A stretch of DNA of 64,000 bases from NCBI GenBank assembly GCA_951406725.2, contig OX597816.1:90458001-90522000 (forward strand), read 5' to 3'. The stretch's first letter is position 1. Every line of letters starts with the position of its first letter. The notes below the pieces were generated by a model. The model saw nothing but the letters and a program-made list of their open reading frames with translations. It ran no database searches and was not told the origin of the DNA. This document shows, piece after piece, positions 26,301 through 37,249 of the stretch. Source of the stretch: Octopus vulgaris. Taxonomy: Eukaryota. The position numbers and the translations under genes are program-made.

Positions 26301-28362
26301 AATGGACATTGTTCCACTACCTGAAAGTATAACTGACATTCTTGAAATAGGGGACTGTGAACAAATACCAGTACACAAGACAACAGAAGAGAGCAATAAC
26401 TTCGATTGCATTGAATGTGGTGCCAAGTTCCATACCGCTCGTGCTTTAGCTAACCATTTTGGACATTCAGAAACTGCTTGTACTTTTACTTACTACTGTG
26501 CTCTGTGTCAAACTTATTTACCTAGACATTGTGCACAGAAGGCACATCGACGTATCCATCATGAAAAAACACCACATGTTTGTCCAGAATGTGGACAGTT
26601 AATACCTAACCTTGTATCTTTCAGGCATCATTTAAAATATAAATGTGTTCATTTTTCCCGTATTGCACCACTTACATGTCCTAAGTGCTTTGCAAAATTT
26701 TGCTACAGTCCAGAATTAAAAGATCATATTATTTCTATACACAGTGAGACTTTTATCAAATGTTCAATTTGTCCAATGGCTTTTAAAGCCAAATCTTTTT
26801 ATCAAAACCACCACCAAAGCATACATTTATCTGAACAAGAACAAAAAAAGGAAATTTACAAGTGCCCATTGTGTGATACAGTTTTTCATAATATCCAACA
26901 ATTAATGAATCATGTTGATGTTCACATAAATGACTTAAAAGTTGGTGTTGATTATGCTTTCCGATGTTCTGTTTGTTCGGTTATATTTGATAGACGCTCA
27001 CTTTTGTTGTCTCATCTTGGAAATTGTCATCATCTTGATTTTATGCAACATAGGTGTGAATTTTGTGACTGTGTTTGCAAAACAGCCCATAATCTCCAAA
27101 CCCATCAGAAAGCAATCCATAAAATTGAAATGTCAAAAATTAATAGCAAAAATGAAGCAAAAACGGAAAATGAGGCTATAAAATCTAAAAAATGTAAGGA
27201 TAAAGGTATTGCATATTGTTCTTTATGTCAAATATTTTTTGCCACTGAAGGTCAACTGCAAATGCATTCATCAAAGGTTCATGAAAGTAAACTTAATGAT
27301 TCTTCTGCAGTTACTACAAGAACTCGAAATACACAAAAATTTTGCCAATACTGTAGTGCTCCCTATAAATCTTGGAATCGTCTCATGCAGCATATTTTAG
27401 GACATCGGCAGTCAGGAGTTTATATGTGTCTTATGTGTACAAATGCTGCTTTTCTTACAAAAGAAGATCTCCATAAGCATGAGGAATTTTGTAGTGGAGA
27501 ATCTAGTCAAGGAAAGTTACCAACTGTGTTTGAATGCAAAGAATGTCATGAGCTTTTCAAGCAAGAGAACTGGTTAATAGCACATCAGAAAAATATCCAT
27601 TCAAAGAAACCCATGTTCCCTTGTCATTTATGTAACTTAGTGTGTAAATCAAATGACTCCTTAGTTAAGCATATACAAATATCACATGAAAAGAAAAAGC
27701 ATTTTTATTCATGTCAAATTTGTAAAGAAACGAACAAGGAAAAGATATTCAGACGTCGGATCCAACTTGAAAAACATATAATTTCTAAACATAAAACGCT
27801 TCGTAATAAAAGCAATAATTCTAAAATAGCGCTTCAACCAAATGTAGCTAAGCAATCTACAGAAACTGACAATAAGGAGCAAGCACATGGTATTAATGTG
27901 GATAACCAACCCATAAAGAAATTAAAAACACAAGAAGAAACTTTTTCCTGTGTTAAATGTGTGTTTACCACTAAAGATCATAACCTGTTTCAAATTCATA
28001 CACAAGAGCACAAAAGAGTCAGTGATGGCATCAGGTGCAGTGAATGTGGATTGTGTTTTACTGCAGTTGATTCACTTCGGATGCATTTGTTTATGATTCA
28101 TAAAATAAAACAAACAAATGAATTTTTGAGCAGTCATGGTTTGCTTTATAAAAAAAATAAACTTAAAACAGAAAATGCTTTAGAAAGTTCTCCACAACAG
28201 TTAAGTAATATAGAAAATAATGCAACTGAACAAGCTCAATCTTTTGAATGCAATGTATGTTACAAAGTGTTTGAAAGCGAACATCTCCTTAAAATACATT
28301 TGCGAACTCATGGAATGGCATTTATTCGTTCAAAACGTCTCAACTTAACTGAAACAACATAA
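23368..28362 (+). CDS. ZNF532: C2H2 zinc-finger protein of the ZNF532/ZNF592/ZNF687 family (1664 aa, single coding exon)
   Basis: Long Ser/Lys-rich disordered N-half followed by many C2H2 fingers. Family-diagnostic blocks: CAECGDTF...YNCDNCTTKLIFYNKCSVLEHVRSH, HRRIHHEKTPHVCPECG, LKYKCVHFSR, KCSICPMAFK, IYKCPLCDTVF, CSECGLCFT...LRMHLFMIHK and terminal HLRTHGMAFIRSKR. Acceptor ctttacag at 23308. The symbol denotes the family co-orthologue. Confidence 0.93.
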   Translation: MNILKKMESMDTNDSPSILESPLMQLANASASAVRADLPTEETPKDQPRVYTNEAFSSEDNTLAKENNISNVYCTQQLDQKECLLNSHQMESNKEMELVSTDSFESKLSNFQVDAQPNIISHNCCVTTAKNSSFSQPDLKKCNNKDMIWDSQHLLYTPQIQDNNDNFFPSSNCDSEQSKKNSTSSDDNSSFESKNNLNSLAGKITLLPKKCIKPFNNISDTFDKISNKEEISYNKQDQSLSSDCQLESSEINTFVEPISIPNNDNVKACSKKSASPEASIEQNRSPNFKNDFDSSLKELQRVSNFQVLSSKEETHERNLKTFVELPPESESKNIAEKSTGEEVFLVHEKNLTVLAPDKLSKVTEENTSDHLLDEGRTLSKSPTEEASSFVTADTSKTDETSLPITSFTMNNDVAHKQVPDEVLTDIKKKANTPELTSKIEADKDNVNTVYSLNKSSETDQDDKNITSSPARATISETESSNVSKRPRRNIKAKRIFSASLNDANSANQNEKRNVKESRKESLCLKKKKLLSAKKKLNLSKKLHVEEDEDIAEQKNAQIKSSNYFKTDQSVPVVFTSSHSSISSNPLDTVGMKTVSSKAKNLLIVPKSTFTVSSPDENQSINKCLTKNRNSKPKSVTKEKSSLHTNVGKEATKNGENKSSFTKINKNSSKRVLSEIASTSFDNKVTSDSFLNSSISSNFSKPDETECSIILPSNMPITSSNLATSFHNEDVSLSITEIENYIKKEPTDISELNESASSKVYDSKTESVSNASSLVGETHEIRKLLNASSNATQLISTNSSGSSTTISNAQPLGSVKISPVSPYAIFLPVSLPSGSTVPTTASISSNSFQLKVPNVLRKEKPLLPNDSIICKKSDGTGQLANNSKQKKFSRTNLIPAYFPAPLPKSLIDKITVSYHSCAECGDTFLFKSSLHIHKTRKCMQITYNCDNCTTKLIFYNKCSVLEHVRSHYPSQPVTIKLDKMDIVPLPESITDILEIGDCEQIPVHKTTEESNNFDCIECGAKFHTARALANHFGHSETACTFTYYCALCQTYLPRHCAQKAHRRIHHEKTPHVCPECGQLIPNLVSFRHHLKYKCVHFSRIAPLTCPKCFAKFCYSPELKDHIISIHSETFIKCSICPMAFKAKSFYQNHHQSIHLSEQEQKKEIYKCPLCDTVFHNIQQLMNHVDVHINDLKVGVDYAFRCSVCSVIFDRRSLLLSHLGNCHHLDFMQHRCEFCDCVCKTAHNLQTHQKAIHKIEMSKINSKNEAKTENEAIKSKKCKDKGIAYCSLCQIFFATEGQLQMHSSKVHESKLNDSSAVTTRTRNTQKFCQYCSAPYKSWNRLMQHILGHRQSGVYMCLMCTNAAFLTKEDLHKHEEFCSGESSQGKLPTVFECKECHELFKQENWLIAHQKNIHSKKPMFPCHLCNLVCKSNDSLVKHIQISHEKKKHFYSCQICKETNKEKIFRRRIQLEKHIISKHKTLRNKSNNSKIALQPNVAKQSTETDNKEQAHGINVDNQPIKKLKTQEETFSCVKCVFTTKDHNLFQIHTQEHKRVSDGIRCSECGLCFTAVDSLRMHLFMIHKIKQTNEFLSSHGLLYKKNKLKTENALESSPQQLSNIENNATEQAQSFECNVCYKVFESEHLLKIHLRTHGMAFIRSKRLNLTETT

Positions 28363-29714
28363 ATTTTTCATGTTTTTGCGTTATTTATTAAATATTATGA
28401 CCTTGTATTCTATTTTTAATTCATGCATTCTGCCATACTTTTTTTATACTTCTCTCTTGTTCAATACTTTTTAGATTGTATTTGCTGTAGTTTAATGTGG
28501 AGCTCAACAGATTAATCTTCACTCTTTCTTTCTAATGTTAATTGCATCATCATTTCACATTGTAGCTTAGAAAATACGAGATGCAAACTGTTACTGTTGT
28601 GAATTGATGATTTGAGTTTAGCCTAATCAAGCAGATCTGTGATATCTTATCTTTTGAAACTCACTTTATCTGACTACCTTTTGTTTAAGGATGCTGCTGG
28701 TGTCATGTAAAAGCATCCAGTTCACTCTGTAAAGTGATTGCCATTAGGAAGGGCATCCAGCCATAAAAACCATGCCAAAACATTCAGTTGAGCTTGGGGC
28801 AGTCCTCTGGCTTGCCAGCTCCTGTCAAACCATCCAACTCAACTATGATGGAGATGATGATGGTAGAGTGTGATTTGAGAAAGATTTGGCTATTATTTCT
28901 AACAGATTGTTGTTCAGCTTCAAATCAGCTTGATTGAGCAGATCTGCAATCACAGCTATTCCAGTCATGATTTTCCATCTTTTTTGTACTCCATTGTCTA
29001 CTTTGGCTTTTCTTTTTTAAGATGGTAGATAGGATTTAAGGGAGATATGGTTGCTATTTCTATCAGGCGAAGAGACTACCCCACAGATAGAGTGATGTTG
29101 ACTAAGCTATTGCATACTTTATCATACTGGCATATTCTTCAGTAATTTCTGATTTGAAAATGGGTGTAAAGTCATTTATCAAATGACATTAACATATTTT
29201 TGGTAAAAAAAAAAAATGTCTTTTTTGTATTTTCAATTATCTCTTTGCATTTTAAAGTCTAACTTCTTTTAGTAGCAAAAGTATTTAACTCTTAGTAAAA
29301 AATGTTACTTGTTAAAGAATATTCCATGTTCTTGAACAGGGCTTGAAATTCACAATATCAAATTCTGCCAAGGTCGATTTTGCCTTTTATCCTTTTGGGG
29401 TTGATAAATTAAGTACCAGTTGCGTACTGGGGCCAATCTAATTGGCTGCCCCCCCCCTTAAAGCTTGGGACCTTGTGCCTAGAGTAGAAAAGAACATTCA
29501 ATTAACAGCAATATTATGTTGTTTGATATATATATTTATTTATATATATATAAGATCTTATTAGAATGTTATCATTTTTATTTAGCAAAAAACAAATCAT
29601 TAATTTTAGTTTTACTGTGTTTCATCTTATCTGAAATTCTAAATTTCATTGTTAGAATGATTAAAGCTGTTACTTTTAATGTCAATTGGAGATACTATTT
29701 AGCTGTGCTTTTTG

Positions 29715-29907
29715 TTAAAAAGGCGACCACTTCTCTCTGTAGGATAAAGTTGAGATAATAGACAGAGAACACCACTGGAAAATACAAAAACTAAAAGAGG
29801 CAGCACATATCCTGGGACTTAATAACCTCCTAAGCTGACCTAGTGTAGATATGAGTAGCATATGGAAACCGGTATTAAGGAAGGATAGAAAAATATTAGA
29901 TTTATAA
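29715..29907 (+). mobile_element. Penelope-like element 3' end (GIY-YIG endonuclease C-terminus, Poseidon-like), degenerate
   Basis: The frame from 29719 reads KGDHFSL*DKVEIIDREHHWKIQKLKEAAHILGLNNLLS*PSVDMSSIWKPVLRKDR. This matches the H..W..V.IID.E..W..RK.KEA..I......L.R......IW.P.L pattern, with stops at the expected W and R codons. Confidence 0.7.
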
Positions 29908-29936
29908 GCCCTAAAATTCACTCCATAATTGCCCAC

Positions 29937-30005
29937 AGGCATATGGCGTAGTGGTTAAGAGCACAGGCTACTAACCCCAAGATTCGAAGTTCGATTCCAG
30001 GCAGT
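29937..30005 (+). mobile_element. tRNA-derived Pol III promoter cassette (SINE head / tRNA pseudogene)
   Basis: A box TGGCGTAGTGG at 29944-29954 and B box GTTCGATTCC at 29989-29998. There is an anticodon-like loop ggCTACTAAcc but no intact acceptor stem. Confidence 0.75.
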
Positions 30006-30067
30006 GAATAATAATAATATCGAAAAAATATCTTAAGAATGAGAACCCAGGTTCGAAATTCCCCCAG

Positions 30068-30113
30068 GACACCTGACGACTGCTGGAGAGTACATCAGCT
30101 GAAACGTTATGTT
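30068..30113 (+). ncRNA. Type I minimal hammerhead ribozyme motif (degenerate copy)
   Basis: gacac-CTGACGA-ct-gctgg(agagtaca)tcagc-t-GAAA-cg-TT-atgtt. Both core boxes, helix II, the palindromic ACGT helix III and helix I (gacac/atgtt, one mismatch) are present. Confidence 0.65.
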
Positions 30114-31029
30114 AACAATAAACAAGATGAGGGCAAATATCTGTCAAAGTCAACTAAAATGGGGAAAAAAATATATAAATGCAGGTGTGGCCAATTGGTT
30201 AAGAAGTTGTCTTCTCAATAACGTAGGGTAAATTGGGCAGGTGCCTTCAACTATAGCCCCATGCTGACCAAAGAATTGTGGTAGAAACTGAAAATAGCTT
30301 ATTGTGTGTGTGTGTATATATATATATATAATCTTTTAGCTTTTACATGTTTCAGTCATTAGACTGTGGCCATCCTGCAGCACTGCTTTGATGAATTTTA
30401 ATCAATACCAGTACTTTTTTTTTCAAGCTGGGTACTTATTCTATTGGTCTTTTTGTTAAATCACCAAGTTACAGGGACCTAAACAAACCAACACTGGTTG
30501 TCAAGTAGTGGGACATACACATATGTATGATGGGCTTCTTTCATTTTCTGTTTGCCAAATCTGCTCACAGGGCTTTGATTAGCCCAAGGCTGTAGAGTAG
30601 AAGACATTTGTCCAAGGTGCCACAGATTGGGACAAAGCCTGAAACCATGTGGTTGGGAAGCAAGCTTTCTACTACACAGCCATTCTTGTGCCTATAAATT
30701 GTTTACTTATTTTAGTCATTGGACTACAGTTGTGCTGGGGCTCCACGTTGAAGGGTTTAGTCAAACAGATCAACCCCAGTTCTTACTTTTAAAGTCTTTT
30801 GCCAAACTGCTAAGATACAGGGATGTAAACAAACCAACACTGGTTGTCAAGCAGTGGTTGGGGCCAAACACAATACAGACACCACACTCACACACACATA
30901 CAAGCACAAGCATGTGTATCATGAACTTTCGGTTCCCATCTACCAAATCCATTCACAATTTCACAAGGCTGTGGTTGGCCAGGACTATAGTAGAAGACAC
31001 TTGCCCAAGGTGCCAGTATATATATATAT

Positions 31030-31850
31030 ACCTAGGTGACCAAGTCAGTAGCGGGGGCAGGTGTGCTGAAAGTATAACTGCTAGAGTAAGAATAACCTGG
31101 GCAAAGTTTAGAGAGTTCTTACCCCTGCTGGTGACAAAAGGCCTCTCGCTCAAAGTAAAAGGCAGACTGTATGATGCATGTGTACGTACAGCCATGCTAC
31201 ATGGTAGTGAAACTTGGGCTGTGACTGCTGAGGATTTGCGTAAGCTCGCAAGAAATGAAGCTACAGCTGTAGAAACACTGCCAGATCTGACTGGGCCTGA
31301 TGAAGCCTTCCAGCTTCACAGACCCCAGTTGAACCGTCCAACCCATGCTAGCATGGAGAACGGACGCTAAATGATGATGATGACACATATTGTTTCTAGA
31401 ATAAGTATTGGGTAGAGGAAGTTTAGAGAGCTATTACCTGTGTTGGCAACAAAAGGCCTCTCTCTCAGAATGAAATGTAGACTATAATGCTTTTGTACCA
31501 ACGGCTATACTCCATGGGAGTGAGGCATGGGCTCTGAATGCTGAAGACATGCATAGACTGGACAGAAATGAAGGTAGTATGCTCCGTTGGATGTGCACAT
31601 GTACGACAAAGTGAAAATGTTTTGAGAAAAAAGTTGGGCATAAGAGGAATCAAATGTAGCATGCAGGAGGGAAGACTTTGTTGGTTTGGACATTTGATGC
31701 ATATGAATAAAGAAGTGCTGATCTCTGAAAGTGGATGGTACCAATGCAAGAGGGAGACCCGGGAAGAAGTGGTAAGGACTGATCTCAGCAAGTTGGACCT
31801 CATGGAGGAAGTGACCATGGACCAAGATGTTTGGCAATAAGAAGTGCTAG
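31030..31850 (+). mobile_element. Two RTE-clade LINE RT C-terminal fragments
   Basis: LGDQVSSGGRCAESITARVRITWAKFREFLPLL...KGRLYDACVRTAMLHGSETW, and a second copy with LGIRGIKCSMQEGRLCWFGHLMHM. Confidence 0.85.
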
Positions 31851-32895
31851 AGCAGGAGATTTTAACAGTTGAAATTTTGAAAAAAAATTTTTTTCAGAAT
31901 CCTAATCTGAATTTCTCCATGCAAAATTTAAAAAAAACAACTTTTCAGAAAAATTTAAAACAAGCAAAAAAATCGTTTGGAAAGCTGATTTAGAAGCAAC
32001 ATATAAATTTCTATTGTTGAAAATATTAGAATCCAAAGAAATTGGAAAAAAAACAAAACAATTGGTTGAGGTAAGTTCTAGATACTTCAATCTCCAATTT
32101 CTTTTACTTTTCAACTATTTATACTAAATAATTTTTGATACAAATTATCACTATTTTGATTGGGTCCTACTATTTGTACCATTTAATCTCTCTCTATCTA
32201 TCAATCTATCTATTTTTTAAATCTTTTATTTGTTTTAGTCATCAGACTGCAGCCATGTTGGGACACCACCTTGAAGAATTTTTAGTCAAACGAATTGACC
32301 CCAGCACCTGCTTTTTTTAATCTGGTACTTCTGTTGATATCTTTTGCTGAACTGCCAAGTTACGGAAACATTAACACACCAATACTGGTTGTCAAGTGGT
32401 GGGGAGGGGGACAAATACAGGCACAAATAAATAAATGTATACAGTTTCTGTATACCAAATTCATTCACAAGCTTTGGTTGACCCAAAGGTATAGTGGAAG
32501 ATATTTAGCCAAGATACCACATGGTGAGACTGAACCCAGAACATATGGCTGTGAAGCAAGCTTATCACAATATAGGCATAACTACAGTTTAGTGCCCCAG
32601 GGATCACCCTCAAATTCAACTAGTTATTGCCCTATAAATTTTTATTTACTGTACCAAACTTGGTGTAGATCTCATTCTTTTATACATTGCAACCTAAATG
32701 CTGTGGCCATGCTGGAGCGTATGCTCACATACATCATTTTTGCTTTAACATCCACTTTTTCAAGCTTGGATGGATTTTGTTGAGGTGGATTTTCTATGGC
32801 TGGATGTCCTCCTTGTTGCCAATTCTTACCTGTTTTCAAGTAAGGTAATATTTTTTCATGAAAGATTGTAATGATGGTGGACTCATTTACAACTA

Positions 32896-34234
32896 CAGGG
32901 TGAGGCAGAGAAGATGGACATTTTTTGAAATGGCTATTACTCAGCCCCAGGGGGAGAGACACATGTCCAACAGGTATCATTCGGTTCGTGGTGTCTTAGC
33001 ATTTTTTATCTTTTCAGGTGAAGCCATGGTACAGTAGACGATAGAGCATCACATGTTTGCCTACAACAGTTATGTGAAGAATAATGAGTCTATCACAGCA
33101 GTTCAGCGTGAGTTTTGGCACCACTTCAATATTCACTGAAATCAGGCTGTTCCCACCCACAACACAATCTTACATTGGGCAAATGCACTTTGTACACGAG
33201 GTACACTAGCAAATAAGAGACTGGTTTAGGGGCGCCATGAATGGTATAGACCCTGGAAAATGTGAAACGCATCAGACAAGCTTTGATATGGAGTCCGAAT
33301 CACTCTACTTGGAGGTATTCCACTGAACTTGGCATTGGTAATCGTTCGGTAAGGTGTATTTTGCATGAAGACCTACATTTTCACCTATACAAATTGGTCA
33401 TTGGGCAACAGTTGAAACCATGGGACTATGCAGTGTGGCTTAACTTCATACGTCAAATGGAAGCAATTTTTGAGGCAAATGACAACCTCATTTTCTTAAT
33501 GAGTGATGAAGTGCATTTTCATCTCAGTGGCATGGTGAATCAACAGGACTGTTGTTATTGGGCTCTTGAAAATCCTAGAGAACTACATGAAAGACTGTTG
33601 CACAGCCCAAAAGTGATGGTTTGGTGGGCTGTTGGAAAAGCTGCCATCATTGGTCCTTACTTATTTGAAGACAATAATGGAAATGCTGTTACTGTGAATT
33701 CTGAGCATTACATCAAGATGACAAACAACTTCTTTGTGCCTGAATTATGATGAAAACGTATGCTTATTTGACATGTGTGGTTTCAGCTGGATGGGACAAC
33801 AGCCTACACAGCAAGAGCATCAATGGATGTTCTTTGCCCTCTCTTTGGTGACTACCTCATTTCCAGATTTGCTGACATTCCTTGGTCCCTTCGGTCCACT
33901 GATTTGTCTATATGTGATTATTTCTTGTGAAGAAACCTCAAGGCACATGTGTATGCACACAAGCCCAGTACATTGGATGATTTGAAAGCTGCTATTCGCG
34001 TGGAAGTCGCCCAAATTGACAGAGCAATGCTGGAAAGAGTGAAGGCTAACTTCTAAAAATGCCTTCAGAAATGCATCAATGAAAACGGACACCACATGAT
34101 GGATGTTGTTTTTTCACACCTGATTTTGACAAATGCTAATTCAATATGAACACATTGATGTCAATAAAATTTGCAGCTGAAATTAATGGTTTTGTGAATT
34201 TTTCAAAAACATCTGTCCTCTTTGCTCCACCCTC
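32896..34234 (+). mobile_element. Tc1/mariner superfamily element (DD41D/rosa-like) with pseudogenised transposase
   Basis: Imperfect ~33-bp TIRs cagggtgaggcagagaagatggacattttttgaaa / tttcaaaaacatctgtcctctttgctccaccctc with TA flanks. Motifs MSDEVHFHLSG.VNQQ..YW, IIGPYLFE, WFQLDG.TA and RSTDLSICDYFL. Confidence 0.9.
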
Positions 34235-34299
34235 TATCATCTGAAGTCTAGGCAAGGAGACAGTAACACACACACAAACACTATGTATATATAGTGTCA

Positions 34300-35720
34300 C
34301 TTTGTCATGGTCCATAATAGACTCAGGGCTTCCATACCAAGGTCAACACTTAGCCTGTAAATTATGTCTCAAAGCTGCATTCCACATATTAAAATACAAC
34401 TTCTCAACACTACTAAACAAATATAATGAGGCCCTAAGTACATGCAACCACCGCTTTTTCATACCTTCAAATTTTACCACAAATCTAAATAGCAACACAG
34501 TATATATCCACAACACCCTGTAGGTAATCCCCAACAACCCTACTTATTTCCCTTTTAATTGTTACTCTTTAATTAACTCCCATACTACATATATGGACAT
34601 GTGAGTGGGTACATGTGTGCACAAGTATTTTATGTATTTGTGTTTGGGTATATATGCATATATATATGCACACATGTATGTGAATGTGAGTACGTAAGTA
34701 TGTGCGTGTGCATATATATATATACAAATATATATGAATGAGTGTATATATGTATACATAAGTACCTTCATGTGCATGTATGTATACATTTATGGATGTG
34801 TGTGATTATGCTTGTGTATGTATAGGTGTATGTATATGTCTGCAGATATGTGAGTTTGTGTGTATTTGCATGTATACATATTCACATATATATATATATG
34901 TTTGTGAGTGCATGTGTATGTATGTCATTATACCTTCTTTCCTCCTCTCAGATTCCTACCGACCACTAGTCTATTTATAGTATTTTGACATCCTTATATT
35001 CTTCCCTCCACTTCAAATTTTACTTCCAAAACTACTACTCACTTCGGTATCACTCCAACCATACGTTTTCTTTATCCATCCCTTAATACAACCCTGTCAT
35101 ATCACCCTTACTCACATATCTCACATTCTTTTACTCCTTACTCTCTCATCTCTCCTATCCTTCACCCTACCTCTCCCTTCTTCCCATCACATTATCTTGA
35201 CCACCAACTAACACTCCTTTCTCACTTCTTTTTTCTCTCTTTCTGTCTCTCATTTTCTCTTCCTGTTTTAAACCTGACATATCTCCTCTTTCTAATCATA
35301 TACATCCCCCCCACCATCTATCCATAAATACTACCAATTCATTCTCAAATGTTCATTCATGCTACAAAACCCTCTCAAATGAGCAACACTGATTCCATAG
35401 CTGCATACTTGGAAATGACTAAACATGAACTGCTATTGGAACTTACCATGTACAGGAAACTTTTTTACCACTTCTATACACCATTTTCCTGGAATAGTGG
35501 AACTGCAACTACAATATCTTTATATATCTTATTTTTATTTTCATTTTCTTATTTCCCTTCTATTTTCCCTATCGTCTCCTCTTCCACAATAATTCGAACT
35601 CAAATGTTTTCTCACACTGTCTCTGATGAAGGGATATCCATAATATCCCAGAAACAGCTATATGACTATTTCGTTATAAATGTCCTGAAAACTCCTCACA
35701 GCCTTGGGTTTGTTATCTCA
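34300..35720 (+). mobile_element. Penelope-like element 3' end plus microsatellite-rich 3' region/pLTR
   Basis: WSIIDSGLPYQGQHLACKLCLKAAFHILKYNFSTLLNKYNEALSTCNHR resembles the PLE C-terminal W.I.....Y......C.LCL.E...IL......LLNK..E..S.C.H block. It is followed by (TG/TA)n and CT-rich tracts and a hammerhead motif. Confidence 0.6.
35619..35666 (+). ncRNA. Type I minimal hammerhead ribozyme motif (degenerate copy)
   Basis: gtct-CTGATGA-a-GGGATAT(ccata)ATATCCC-a-GAAA-cagcta-TA-tgac. There is a perfect 7-bp helix II and a near-palindromic helix III (ACAGCTaT); helix I gtct/tgac has one mismatch. Confidence 0.7.
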
Positions 35721-36842
35721 TTCTATCTAACATACACGCACACACATACACATTCATAGATGCTCTTTTTACTCTTTACTCTTTTACTTGTTTCAGTCAT
35801 TTGACTGTGGCCATGCTGGAGCACCACCTTTATAGTCGAGCAAATCGACACCAGAGCTTATTCTTTGTAAGCCTAATACTTATTCTATCGGTCTCTTTTG
35901 CTGAACCGCTAAGTTACAGGGACGTAAACACACCAGCATCGGTTGTCAAGCGATTATGGGGTGGGGCAAACAGACACACAAACACATATATACACACATA
36001 CATACATATATATATACAACAAGCTTCTTCCAGTTTCCGTCTACCAAATCCACTCACAAGGCTTTGGTCGGCCTGAGGCTATAGTAGAAGACACTTGCTC
36101 AAGGTGCCATGCAGTGGGACTGAACCCGGGACCATATGGCTGGTAAGCAAGTTACTTACCACACAGCCATCTCAATTCAAGTAGATGGATTGAACAGGCA
36201 TTATTACAAATCACTGCGATTATTTCAATGCATCATTATCAGCTGTAATTTGCTGAATGGTACATATATCATATGCAATAGTGCATTAATAGGATTCAAC
36301 AATAGCTGTATACATGCACATCCTCAGGTTCTCTTTAGTTTCTCCACATTTTATACCCATGCCAAAATACTGTTTTGAAATACAGTTTTTAGTACTTCTC
36401 TATGAGAAAAACATAATGATTTGTAATAAAGCTCTTTCATTCCATCTTCTCATACTAAAATGTTTTTGTTTATACTCTATGGATATTTACAGATTTTCAC
36501 ATGTCTATTCAGTAACAGAAGAAGTCCTACTGTATAATAACATTTGGTAGCTGATACCTGGAGAGGAGCTTTGGAAAACACTATAAGGTCATTACCAAGA
36601 TTATATTAAAATATATATTCTTTTATTTGTTTCAGTCATTTGACTGTGGCCATGCTGGAGCACTGCCTTAAAGGTTTTTTTTTTTTAGTTGGAGAAATTA
36701 ACCCCAGGATTCATTCTTTGTAAGCCTACTACTTATTCTGTTTATCTCTTGCTGAACCATTAAGTTACGGGGATGTAAACACACCAACATTGGTTGTCAA
36801 GTGATTGGGGTGACAAACACAGACACAAAGACATATGTACAC

Positions 36843-36874
<32 letters not shown>

Positions 36875-37249
36875 ATACGATGGGCTTCTTTCAGTTTCAT
36901 GTATTAATCTCATTTGGCAGTTGCACAAGAAGGTCACCTAAAACTTTTTTCTCCATTGAATATGTTATATGACAGAAAAGAGAGATATGAATAAATGTTA
37001 TAATAATTGTTTACCAAAAAATGTTATAGATAATTATTGTTTATTATTTTGTCAAAGGATAATGTTAAAAATTAGTGCTAATTAACTTCCATTGAACATG
37101 TTAAGACATATTCCTTCTTTGTTAATAAGGTGTGGGTTACGAAAGATAATGAAGTGTGGTCTAAATTAAATAGATGATAGCTGCTACATGAATTTTGGCT
37201 TTCTTAAGAACAAGCCTAAGTAGAAATTCTACAATTATCAATTCATAGG

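Noticed and set aside
24474-27909. Short antisense and alternate-frame ORFs inside the ZNF CDS
   Set aside because: Shadow ORFs with no recognisable motifs.
29937-30005. Possible functional tRNA gene (apparent ACT anticodon)
   Set aside because: The acceptor and anticodon stems do not pair fully, there is no poly-T terminator, and it sits within a repeat cassette. Treated as a tRNA-derived promoter/SINE head.
31297-31320. CTGATGA followed by a weak hairpin (also CTGATGA at ~6139, 6207, 14392, 14939, 37271)
   Set aside because: No correctly placed helix II plus GAAA and no helix III, so not hammerheads.
30627-31370. 247-aa ORF
   Set aside because: A chance read-through of SINE pieces, an RTE RT fragment and an RTE 3' repeat; not a host gene.
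34562-34980. ORFs rich in Y/I/H/M/C/V
   Set aside because: Translations of degenerate (TG)/(TA) microsatellite.
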